The notes under the pieces were generated by a model. The model did not search any database. It was not told the origin of the DNA and worked only from the letters and a program-made list of their open reading frames with translations. A program made the translations under genes and the position numbers. This document shows positions 16,114 through 24,274 of a stretch of 32,000 bases of DNA, piece after piece (positions within the stretch are counted from its first letter, which is position 1; every line of letters starts with the position of its first letter). The DNA lies in contig LYOS01000001.1 in the NCBI GenBank assembly GCA_001766815.1, forward strand, positions 180,001-212,000, read 5' to 3'. This DNA comes from Candidatus Syntropharchaeum caldarium (GTDB lineage: Archaea; Halobacteriota; Syntropharchaeia; Syntropharchaeales; Syntropharchaeaceae).

Positions 16114-17331
16114 CTACATCACCTTTTCAAGTGTCATATCAAACATCTTCTTTGTCTCACGCGCCAGACCCTCTGGAAGTCCTTTGATATCGATGCTCAG
16201 AAAACCTCGTATTATCATGCCGACTGCCTCATCCTCTGTAAATCCTCTTGCCATCAGGTATCGTATCTCTTCTTCAGCGATCTTTCCAACCGCTGCCTCG
16301 TGCGATAGATCAATATTCTTCCTTCGGGCTTTGAGCTCTGGTATCGACTCGATCATCGAAGAATCTGATAGCATAAGTCCCCTGCACTCAAGGTGTCCAC
16401 GCACGTTTTCTGCTTCACCGACGAGATCGCCTTTTGCAATGATTCGTGCATTATCTGTTGCAATTGCCCTTGAGATTATCTCCCCTCTGCTTCCTTTACC
16501 CTGAAGCACGATCCTCGAACCCGAATCGATATTCGTGTTACCATGTGCATAGATTATCGACTGGAATGATGCCCTTGAATTCTCACCAGCACAGATAGCA
16601 GTGGGATACATCTGGAGGGATTTTACAGGCGTCATGAATATATAGTTACTGATAAATACGCCGTTATCCTCGATAAGCGTGGCACTTCTTGGTCGCACAT
16701 CGACTCCACCCGACCAGTTGTGAACCATCGTGAATGTGATCTTTGCGTTTTTCTTTACATAGAACTCTGATATGCCAAGATGCAGAGCTTCGCTAACAGT
16801 GTGTGCGACGGTACATCCTGTTATTATATTGAGTTCAGAGTTCTCCTCTGCGATTACGATATTGTGAACATTCTGCCTGATCTTATCCTTTGATATGAAG
16901 AGACAGGACTGTAGCGGTAACGTGATCTTCGTACCTTTTTCTGCCCGCAGGAAGTACCCCTGGGTCGGCCTTTCCGCAACTTCTTTCGTGTAAATATCCT
17001 TATCAGCAGGGACGATATTCCAGAGGTATTCATCAAGCCAGGAATGTTTCTTAATGGCTTCTTCTGTGCTCAGGATCTCAAGCCCTGGAATCAGTGATTT
17101 TGCAAATACGACCGAGTGATCCTGCTGTAAGAACGATCCTGATCGTTCCTTTTCTTCTGGATCTATACCTGCTGCAAGTAACTCTCCCTCATACTCATCA
17201 AGCTCCTTGAGTGATGAGATTGGACCATGCTCTCCTCCCTTAAGCCTGTAGGATTCGATCTTGACCTCTTCAGAACTCACACCTAACACCTTCTTTTCCG
17301 CATTTTGCAACACAGCCTTCAAACCCTTCAT
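16114..17331 (-). CDS. sufB: Fe-S cluster assembly protein SufB/SufD family
   Basis: 405 aa with a beta-helix-type repeat region, directly downstream of sufC. ATG 17331 overlaps sufC by 62 nt. An alternative GTG at 17280, preceded by AAGGTG, would overlap by only 11 nt. Confidence 0.85.
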   Translation of the reverse strand: MKGLKAVLQNAEKKVLGVSSEEVKIESYRLKGGEHGPISSLKELDEYEGELLAAGIDPEEKERSGSFLQQDHSVVFAKSLIPGLEILSTEEAIKKHSWLDEYLWNIVPADKDIYTKEVAERPTQGYFLRAEKGTKITLPLQSCLFISKDKIRQNVHNIVIAEENSELNIITGCTVAHTVSEALHLGISEFYVKKNAKITFTMVHNWSGGVDVRPRSATLIEDNGVFISNYIFMTPVKSLQMYPTAICAGENSRASFQSIIYAHGNTNIDSGSRIVLQGKGSRGEIISRAIATDNARIIAKGDLVGEAENVRGHLECRGLMLSDSSMIESIPELKARRKNIDLSHEAAVGKIAEEEIRYLMARGFTEDEAVGMIIRGFLSIDIKGLPEGLARETKKMFDMTLEKVM

Positions 17332-18028
17332 TCAGGATGTGGTTGTAGATCTCTTCTGTTATGCCTGAGCAGGCGATCCTTCCATCGAGCAGGACATGTG
17401 CTCTGTCTGCTTTTATGTAGTTTAAGATGTATCCGATGTGGGAAATTATGAGGGCAGACTTTTGACGCTCGCTGGGTCTTCTGTCACGCTCAAGCATCTC
17501 GTTTGTTATTTTACCAAGAAGCTCCACGTTCTCAACATCAACACCCGAATCAGGCTCATCAAACATGAAAAAGTCAGGGTTCTGCGCAAGAAGCTGTAAG
17601 ATCTCAGAGCGTTTCACCTCTCCTCCAGAGAAACCGAGATTCAGATCCCGGGAAAGGAACTCTTCTGAGAGGTTCAGCCTTCTGGCAAGTGCTTTTGCAT
17701 CGCCACCACCTCTTCTCTCAAGAAGCTGTCCCACAACATCACCGAGCTTCACACCCCTGATTTCAGGGGGATGCTGGAAGGATACGCCCATCCCGAGCTT
17801 TACTCGATCTGTGGTATTAAACTCGGTTATATCAACACCCTTGAAGTATATCTTTCCTTCAACGACGTTATATCCTGGAAACCCGAGTATCGTCAAAAAA
17901 AGCGTTGTTTTGCCGGATCCATTTGCACCAAAGAGAACATGAACCTCTCCCTCGCCGATATGGAGGTTCAGATCATTGAGTATCCGCTTACCTCCAACCT
18001 CGACCGAGAGATTCTGAATCTCAAGCAC
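17270..18028 (-). CDS. sufC: Fe-S cluster assembly ATPase SufC
   Basis: It has Walker A (GANGSGKTT), an ABC signature (FSGGEVKR) and Walker B (FFMFDEPDSG). The GTG start directly abuts the TAG stop of the Nfu-like gene. Confidence 0.95.
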   Translation of the reverse strand: MLEIQNLSVEVGGKRILNDLNLHIGEGEVHVLFGANGSGKTTLFLTILGFPGYNVVEGKIYFKGVDITEFNTTDRVKLGMGVSFQHPPEIRGVKLGDVVGQLLERRGGGDAKALARRLNLSEEFLSRDLNLGFSGGEVKRSEILQLLAQNPDFFMFDEPDSGVDVENVELLGKITNEMLERDRRPSERQKSALIISHIGYILNYIKADRAHVLLDGRIACSGITEEIYNHILNEGFEGCVAKCGKEGVRCEF

Positions 18029-18250
18029 CTAAATCGCCTCCACGGATGCAATCTCTGGCACCTTCTCCCTTATCCGCTGCTCAATAACATTTGCAAGCGT
18101 CATCTGTGAGAATGCACAACCTGCACATGCACCTTGAAGCCTCACCTTCACAACACCGTTCTCATCGACATCGATAAGCTCAACATCTCCGCCATCTGCC
18201 TGCAGGAACGGTTTTATCTCGTTTATTACTGCTTCCACTCTCTCTTTCAT
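18029..18250 (-). CDS. NifU C-terminal (Nfu-type) Fe-S cluster carrier domain protein
   Basis: 73 aa. It has ADGGDVELIDV and a CxxC motif (GACAGC), both typical of the Nfu/NifU_C domain. Confidence 0.85.
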   Translation of the reverse strand: MKERVEAVINEIKPFLQADGGDVELIDVDENGVVKVRLQGACAGCAFSQMTLANVIEQRIREKVPEIASVEAI

Positions 18251-18256
18251 TCTATC

Positions 18257-18778
18257 TCACCTCCGTTGTATGGTATACTGATTTATATGCAACCGCTCTT
18301 TAAGTTCAGCCATCTTCTTTGGTGATGGCTCTTCCGCTGCATACCCGATGGGTATCACTGCTGCAAGCTGCATATTCTCATCTAAGCCAAGGAGTTCTTT
18401 AAGCTTTCTGTTTCTGAATGCCAGGATGACACCTGCAAGTCCTTCTGCTGTCAATGCAAGCAGGATGTTCTCGATCGCTGTAAAGCATGATGCAAATACG
18501 TCATCCCCCAGCTTCTCATTCGGTTTATAGCATACTACAAGTAAGAGAGGCGCGGTCTCAAGTGCTCTCTTCTGTCTTGGTATCTTTTCACGCATCAGAG
18601 CAATCTCTTGCTTTATTTCGGGATCCTTGACAAGTATGAACTCCCATGGTTGTGAATTAAAAGCACTCGGTGCCATCGTACCCGCCTCAAGCACCCTCAA
18701 AATTATATCATCTGCCACCTCGTCCGACTTAAAGTTGTAGACGCTTCTTCTCGACCTGATCGCATCATACAGATCCAT
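18257..18778 (-). CDS. nitroreductase-family flavoprotein
   Basis: RRSVYNF near the N-terminus and APSAFNSQPWEF are nitroreductase-fold signatures. The length is 173 aa. Confidence 0.8.
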   Translation of the reverse strand: MDLYDAIRSRRSVYNFKSDEVADDIILRVLEAGTMAPSAFNSQPWEFILVKDPEIKQEIALMREKIPRQKRALETAPLLLVVCYKPNEKLGDDVFASCFTAIENILLALTAEGLAGVILAFRNRKLKELLGLDENMQLAAVIPIGYAAEEPSPKKMAELKERLHINQYTIQRR

Positions 18779-18974
18779 TCAATCAATCTCCCTGCATAAT
18801 TATGGGACAATACCTATCACATTCAATCCCTTGTATTCTTCATCTTTGGGTACTTTGCTCGCCCTGATACCACTTTTGAGGAGAACAAACACCTTTATAT
18901 AATCTTTCCTTCGTAGAACGAGTTTTTATATAGGCGAAGTGAGGTTGATCGTCTGCAGTGAAAGCCCTGCAGCT

Positions 18975-19000
18975 AAAAAAAAATAAAATAAAAAAACAAA
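18975..19000 (-). terminator. oligo-T tract terminator after the gltB-like gene
   Basis: The minus strand reads tttgtttttttattttattttttttt, beginning 7 nt after the TGA stop. It is followed by a 6-bp ctgcag/ctgcag hairpin (18953-18972). Archaeal termination typically uses oligo-T tracts. Confidence 0.6.
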
Positions 19001-19006
19001 CCCCCC

Positions 19007-20599
19007 TCACCCGAGGAGGATCTCATCAAAGCAATCCATATCGATTTCAGCAACCGTCGGAATGCCTGTCACTTCACTTGCATGTTTTGTAAGGGCTGCA
19101 AGATCGCTTCTATCAATTAGATCAAGCCTGAACTTTCTCTCACCTGCCATGAGCTGCTGGAGCCCTACTTTGATGCGGTTGAAGTACGTGTAGACACCGA
19201 TCGCACCTGATGGGATCTTTTTGACATCTTTGCCATACTTCTCTTCAAGCTCACTGTATGCAACAAAGAACTGTTCTGGATCTGATCCATACTTCTCGGC
19301 AAACGAGAGCGGTAATCTACCCTCTTCTGCAAGCTCTGCGAAGTACTGTGCTTTCATACCTGCTGTGAGTGGTGCTCTTGCCATAGCTATCGCCTTTACC
19401 GCAGGGTTGTTGCCGTAGTTACTCATCGCTATACACTTGTAGATCTGGGTCTCGTTCACAAACCCACCTGCAAATGAGATGTCAGGAACGTACATGCCGT
19501 TACTTCGCATAAGTTCGATACCGTGCATCACCTGCGCAAATAGATAGACGGTCGGGACCGAACACTCATTCATCATAGGAACAGGGCTCATACCGGTACC
19601 GCCACCTGCACCATCAAAGGTTATCTGGTCGATCTTAGCCTCAGAAGCAACTCTCAGTGTGAATGCGGTTGCAGCAGGTCTGTATGCACCTGTCTTCAGG
19701 AATACCTTCTTTGCACCCTGACTCCTCAGCCATTCAATATCCTCGACAAAACTCCTCTGTTCTGGCATTCCAACCCTGCTGTGCCGCTCAAATGTTCTGA
19801 ACGCACCAGCCTTGAACGCTCTCTGAACAGCGGGATCTTCAGGGTCTGGGTTAACGATGTAACCACGTCGCTGGAGCATGATCGCTTTATCAAGGTCTGA
19901 TATTCGAACCTCGCCACCGATCGCCTTTGCACCCTGTCCCCACTTTCGTTCGATGATATTAACCTCAAGCTTTGAGAGTGCATAAACGTCCACACCAAAC
20001 CGCTGATCCTCGACATTTGTCTGTACACCGACGTCGCCATGCTTACCATCCCAGAAACTTCTGAAGGACTCGATCCGCCTCGTCAGCTCATCAGAGTGTG
20101 AAACTTTTCCCATCCCATCAAACTTCGTTTCAGGATCCATACCGCAGACGTTCTCACCAGGCATGATGATCGTTCCTGAGATCGCAGCCCCTATCGCACA
20201 TGAATCCCAGTATCGCCTTGCGACATCTGTTGAGCCAAGACCTGTTATGTAAGCTGGCACAAGCATCGGTATGCCGCCAAGCTTTGTTGTGACATCAACA
20301 TTCGGGAAGGTGGCAAGATCGGGGTCTGCTGCAATTCCCTTTGCTCCAACCACATCGGTCATGATCTGGAAGTCTGACCAGTCAAGTCCATAATCTTTGT
20401 TTGATGATGCTGTACTATCTCCGAATTGCTCTGGCTCTGGATAGAGAACCTCTCTACCTCTGAAAGCCGATTTACCAACCTCACACAGGACTGTACATTC
20501 CTTTATACAGATCGGACACATCCCACTCGTTGGGTTAACATCCCTTCGCCTTATCGATGTGCCGCTCGTGGATCTTGCATTTGCATAGATATCCGACAT
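19007..20599 (-). CDS. glutamate synthase FMN-domain (GltB domain 2)-like protein with N-terminal Cys cluster
   Basis: GAGGGTGMSP matches the GltS FMN-domain motif. The N-terminus carries CPICIKECTVLC. It is 530 aa. GAGGTGA lies 8 nt upstream of the ATG, and the gene starts 22 nt after the FrhB-like gene. Confidence 0.75.
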   Translation of the reverse strand: MSDIYANARSTSGTSIRRRDVNPTSGMCPICIKECTVLCEVGKSAFRGREVLYPEPEQFGDSTASSNKDYGLDWSDFQIMTDVVGAKGIAADPDLATFPNVDVTTKLGGIPMLVPAYITGLGSTDVARRYWDSCAIGAAISGTIIMPGENVCGMDPETKFDGMGKVSHSDELTRRIESFRSFWDGKHGDVGVQTNVEDQRFGVDVYALSKLEVNIIERKWGQGAKAIGGEVRISDLDKAIMLQRRGYIVNPDPEDPAVQRAFKAGAFRTFERHSRVGMPEQRSFVEDIEWLRSQGAKKVFLKTGAYRPAATAFTLRVASEAKIDQITFDGAGGGTGMSPVPMMNECSVPTVYLFAQVMHGIELMRSNGMYVPDISFAGGFVNETQIYKCIAMSNYGNNPAVKAIAMARAPLTAGMKAQYFAELAEEGRLPLSFAEKYGSDPEQFFVAYSELEEKYGKDVKKIPSGAIGVYTYFNRIKVGLQQLMAGERKFRLDLIDRSDLAALTKHASEVTGIPTVAEIDMDCFDEILLG

Positions 20600-20621
20600 T
20601 TTTTTTCACCTCAACTAAAAT

Positions 20622-21749
20622 CTATATTTGATACAATTCAGTAGCTACAAGCGGCATGGGAGTTGTCAGACACGCATTACAGCGCTTCAACTGCTCCATC
20701 CAGCCACCGTAGTTATTTTTCTTCTTCCTCAGGCTGAGTTTGCGAATCGCTTCGATACCCTTGTCATCAATCTCAGCTGTCTCGATTGCTCCTGCACTTT
20801 CTGCAAATCTCACTGCATCTTCACCGCGCTTTGTACGAATTATGAGCGTTGTCCATCCATCCTCTGATCCAACAGAGCCAGCTGAGATGTCTGCAAGCTC
20901 AGATGCAAAGTCCATACAGACCCTGCACGAATCCCTGACCGCATGCTCGATCTCCTTCATCGGGATCTCAAGCTTCTCACTGGCAGTCTTGACCACGAAC
21001 TTGCCCCTGTAAACATCGAACTTAACAACATCCCTGATCGCAATATCGTGTCTCAAAAGAAGCTCAACAAGCTCATCATAGTAGAAAGCCTCTGTGCAGA
21101 ATAGCCCGATCATAAGCGTGACACGTTCACATCCAGCAGTGTAATCCGATCCCCGAAGTGCCTGAAGCATTCGCATCGCTTCGATGTTACACGGCATTCC
21201 AACAAGCGCGATCTTTTCAAATCCTGCTCGCAAAGCCTGCCAGACACCTTTGATCGATGGGCAGACCGTGTATTTAGAGCCTGTGCTCATGATGATCTCG
21301 GCCGGGGTTTCTGCAACCTTTGGCTCAACTCTCCACTCATCTGTTCGATCTGCAACGACTGCTGCATCGATCTTTTCATCGGTGATCAATGCGCTTAGAA
21401 TCGCAGTAACTACACCACCGCTCTGACCGTTCTCATGAATTTCCCTTTCTGTAGCCTTTGCTGCAATGATTCGGCTATGGTATCCTATCCCGAAGTAAGG
21501 ACTTCCTTCAAAGTACTTCGGGGTGAGATCGCAACCACCGAAACCCTCTCTTGGACATGCGTTCTCACAGAGCCCGCAGCGAGAGAATGATTTGGGACAG
21601 AAGCTGAAGCACGCTCCTCTGGATGTAAGGCCACCACAGCCCTTCTCAAGCATCACCTCATCTTCAAGGTACTGATCGAAGTCACTCACCACTTCATAGC
21701 ATGCACCGCAAAAGCAGCAGACAGGCAGACTCCTCTTATCACTCAACAT
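20622..21749 (-). CDS. FrhB/FdhB-family protein (coenzyme F420 hydrogenase/dehydrogenase beta-like) with Cys-rich N-terminal extension
   Basis: QSGGVVTAIL and the VGMPCNI motif are typical of the FrhB_FdhB N and C domains. The N-terminus contains several Cys clusters, including CGLCENACP. Confidence 0.75.
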   Translation of the reverse strand: MLSDKRSLPVCCFCGACYEVVSDFDQYLEDEVMLEKGCGGLTSRGACFSFCPKSFSRCGLCENACPREGFGGCDLTPKYFEGSPYFGIGYHSRIIAAKATEREIHENGQSGGVVTAILSALITDEKIDAAVVADRTDEWRVEPKVAETPAEIIMSTGSKYTVCPSIKGVWQALRAGFEKIALVGMPCNIEAMRMLQALRGSDYTAGCERVTLMIGLFCTEAFYYDELVELLLRHDIAIRDVVKFDVYRGKFVVKTASEKLEIPMKEIEHAVRDSCRVCMDFASELADISAGSVGSEDGWTTLIIRTKRGEDAVRFAESAGAIETAEIDDKGIEAIRKLSLRKKKNNYGGWMEQLKRCNACLTTPMPLVATELYQI

Positions 21750-21773
21750 AGTATCATAGTAGGAAAGGCATTT

Positions 21774-21787
21774 CCGTATATAAGCTT
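21774..21787 (-). promoter_or_regulatory. TATA-like box for the frhB-like / gltB-like operon
   Basis: The minus strand reads aagcttatatacgg, 25-38 nt upstream of ATG 21749. Confidence 0.45.
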
Positions 21788-21920
21788 TGTTGTTGGTGGG
21801 TGAGGATATACACTTTGTTGGATGTGAGACCTTATCCGCAATACTTTGAGGAGAACGAGCGGTTGTTTGGGATCTCTGTTAAAGATGAATATCGTGAGCC
21901 GATATCACTCACTATCGAGA

Positions 21921-23102
21921 TCAAAACCACCTGGTGAGTGCGTCATTCATGACCGCCTCGATATCTATTCCTGTGACATTGATCACGATGTATGCACCAA
22001 GGAGTGTTCCGATGACACTTCCAATGTTTGCAAGGGCTGTAACAAGCAGGATTTTGAAGATCGGATTTCGTAAAAGCTCAGATGGTGTCTCGACATCGAT
22101 CAATTCCTTCAGATCGCCGGTGGTAGGCGATCTTACCCATGCCTCAACAAGTCCTGCAAACCATCCTGCCGCAATCATCGGATTCAGCGATGTGATCCAT
22201 GCAACAGCGAACGCGGTTAGGGCAGAGAGTGGATGTCCACGTGCGATCACAACACCTGTTGCTGAGAGAACTCCGTTTATAACGATCCAGTATCCGAGCG
22301 CAAGAAGCATAAGGTGCATTGAAACTCCTGATGTGATAATAATGACAAGTGTCAGCATCAAAAAGGCAAAGATCCCAAATCCAAACAACTTTCCAATATT
22401 GATCCGTTTCTTTGGAACTGTTTCAATCTCATCCATGCTCTTAATTGAGCTCGGATCTCGGAGGTGTCTCCTGATTCCATCAAGATGCCCTGCACCAACA
22501 ACAGCCACAATATTGCCCCGAAGATGCAGTAGCTGATTGGCGATATACGCATCCCGTTCATCGATCAGGACTTCTGCAGCTGAGGGGGAGTATCTTCTCA
22601 ACTCTTCTATGAGCTGTGAAACAATATCTCCATCTGTGATACTATCAATCTCGATCTCTTCCTCCCCAATACCTACAATCGATTCAATGATTGCAAAGAG
22701 CATCTTTAGCTTCTCTCTGAACTTCATTTTACCCCAGAATCGTTGCATCGTAATCCTTATATCCCGATCAACGAGTGCAATCTGGATATTACGCTCTTCT
22801 GCTGCATCTATCGCTGCAAGCATCTCTGCGCCAGGTTCAACTCCAAGTTCACGCCCAATCTTTCGCTGGACGTACGCCATGAGATACTGCATCAGTAGAA
22901 GATAGACGTTCCCGCTTTTTATCACATCTTTTATCGATGTTTCCTCAACTTCCCCCTTGAGTGCCATGTAGCGTGCCTGGCAGAGTTCAACAGCGACGAC
23001 ATCGGGCTTCAGTTCGTCTATTGCCTGCTGTACTTCTCGCACGCTCTTTTCAGATACATGTGCTGTTCCAACCAGTGTTATTTTTGTCTCTGGTTCATCC
23101 AT
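21921..23102 (-). CDS. traB: TraB/PrgY/GumN-family protein with C-terminal membrane domain
   Basis: It has the family motifs LVGTAHVS and VVGAGHLDG, followed by about four TM segments. It starts 9 nt downstream of the S2P gene. Confidence 0.8.
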   Translation of the reverse strand: MDEPETKITLVGTAHVSEKSVREVQQAIDELKPDVVAVELCQARYMALKGEVEETSIKDVIKSGNVYLLLMQYLMAYVQRKIGRELGVEPGAEMLAAIDAAEERNIQIALVDRDIRITMQRFWGKMKFREKLKMLFAIIESIVGIGEEEIEIDSITDGDIVSQLIEELRRYSPSAAEVLIDERDAYIANQLLHLRGNIVAVVGAGHLDGIRRHLRDPSSIKSMDEIETVPKKRINIGKLFGFGIFAFLMLTLVIIITSGVSMHLMLLALGYWIVINGVLSATGVVIARGHPLSALTAFAVAWITSLNPMIAAGWFAGLVEAWVRSPTTGDLKELIDVETPSELLRNPIFKILLVTALANIGSVIGTLLGAYIVINVTGIDIEAVMNDALTRWF

Positions 23103-23111
23103 CTTTTCATC

Positions 23112-24212
23112 TCACATCCTCAATATCTCGATTAATCGTATGAGGTCTGTCTTTGAGAGGATGCCAACGAGCATCCCATTTTTCACGACAAGAAGTCGTC
23201 CGACATTGTACTGGTTCATCAGCCGCAGAACATCAGCAGCAGACACATCTTCTGAGATCGTGATAAGATCTTTTGTCATTATGTCCCGCACCTTCACCTC
23301 ACCAAGTTTCTCCGGTGGCACTCTCTTGACATCTGTGAGACTCACAACACCGATTAGAGTCCCAAAATTATCAACAACCGGGTAACCTCGATGTCTATCT
23401 GTCAGCACAAAATCGAGAAACTCCTGTGCGGTGATATCAGGTGAGACCGTCACAACATCTCTTGATATAATGTCTTTTATCCGTACCCCTTCGAGAAACA
23501 TCTGTATACTTGTTGCACTCTCTTCCTCTGAAGCAGCGATGTATATGAAGAATGCGATCAGGATCAACATCCATCCACCGTATATTAGTCCAAAAGTTCC
23601 CATCAATATCGCAAAGATTTTTCCGATCTGAACAGCCCGCCTTGTTGCATTGAGATAGGATGACCCCCGTGTTGCAAGATATGCTCGAAGTATTCTTCCT
23701 CCATCCATTGGAAATGCTGGCAGCAGGTTAAACGCTGCAAGAACGATATTAATATAACCCATCGCAAATGCAAGAATCCCAAAGCCATTCCACCAGACAT
23801 TACCGTGTATTGTACTGAAAGGTACATGGAGCATGAGAAAAGTCGATCCAATGAGGATACTTGTGATCGGCCCCGCAACAGCGATCCGTGATTCTATCTT
23901 TGGATCTCTTGGAATCTCCTTCATCGATGCAATCCCACCAAAGATGAAGAGTGTGATTGACTCGATCACAACGCCATAACGCATCGCAACATAGGAGTGT
24001 GCAAGTTCATGTGCGATAACGCAGGCAAAGAGGATGAGTGTTGTGGTACTTGCAAGTATAAATCGTGCTACAGGTGGTTCGACCTCTGCAAACCCGAAAG
24101 GAGCAGGTTGATTCATGAATACCAGGATAAACGGTGGTAGAATCAGTAGAAATGTGATATGCAGTTTTATCGGTATTCCCATTGCCTTACCGATCTCAAT
24201 TGATGTTCGCAT
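23112..24212 (-). CDS. site-2 protease (M50) family metalloprotease with tandem CBS domains
   Basis: It has an HELAHS zinc motif in a TM segment, an LPAFPMDGG motif, and two C-terminal CBS-like repeats. An alternative start at M11 (24182) is suggested by the TATA position. Confidence 0.85.
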   Translation of the reverse strand: MRTSIEIGKAMGIPIKLHITFLLILPPFILVFMNQPAPFGFAEVEPPVARFILASTTTLILFACVIAHELAHSYVAMRYGVVIESITLFIFGGIASMKEIPRDPKIESRIAVAGPITSILIGSTFLMLHVPFSTIHGNVWWNGFGILAFAMGYINIVLAAFNLLPAFPMDGGRILRAYLATRGSSYLNATRRAVQIGKIFAILMGTFGLIYGGWMLILIAFFIYIAASEEESATSIQMFLEGVRIKDIISRDVVTVSPDITAQEFLDFVLTDRHRGYPVVDNFGTLIGVVSLTDVKRVPPEKLGEVKVRDIMTKDLITISEDVSAADVLRLMNQYNVGRLLVVKNGMLVGILSKTDLIRLIEILRM

Positions 24213-24214
24213 GC

Positions 24215-24228
24215 ATTTTATATAATAT
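24215..24228. promoter_or_regulatory. TATA-like element (attttatataatat) in the divergent S2P / ruvB intergenic region
   Basis: It lies about 32-60 nt upstream of the two candidate ruvB ATGs. It is only 3-16 nt from the S2P ATG at 24212, which argues that S2P translation may start at M11 (24182). Confidence 0.45.
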
Positions 24229-24274
24229 CTGTACCTATTTAGCTTTAAGCTTCAATTTGATGCGTGGTACGAGA

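Noticed and set aside
16114-16116. TAG at the sufB/afpA junction decoded as pyrrolysine, which would fuse SufB to the flavoprotein
   Set aside because: TAG is used as the ordinary stop codon of at least six other genes in this window: the recJ-like gene, the flavodoxin-fold reductase, DUF106, cmk, the Nfu-like gene and ruvB. Genome-wide TAG recoding is therefore unlikely. A 585-aa SufB-flavoprotein fusion also has no precedent that I know of.
18975-19000. A-rich tract on the plus strand as a possible plus-strand element or low-complexity repeat
   Set aside because: No plus-strand gene ends or starts here. Read on the minus strand, it is an oligo-T tract placed 7 nt after the gltB-like stop codon, which makes it an archaeal-type terminator.
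24182-24274. N-terminal extension of ruvB from the track start at 24182 ([26 protein letters not shown]...)
   Set aside because: The extension overlaps the S2P start codon and runs through the AT-rich promoter/TATA element. The extra residues are not RuvB-like. ATG 24260 or 24275 gives a canonical RuvB N-terminus.
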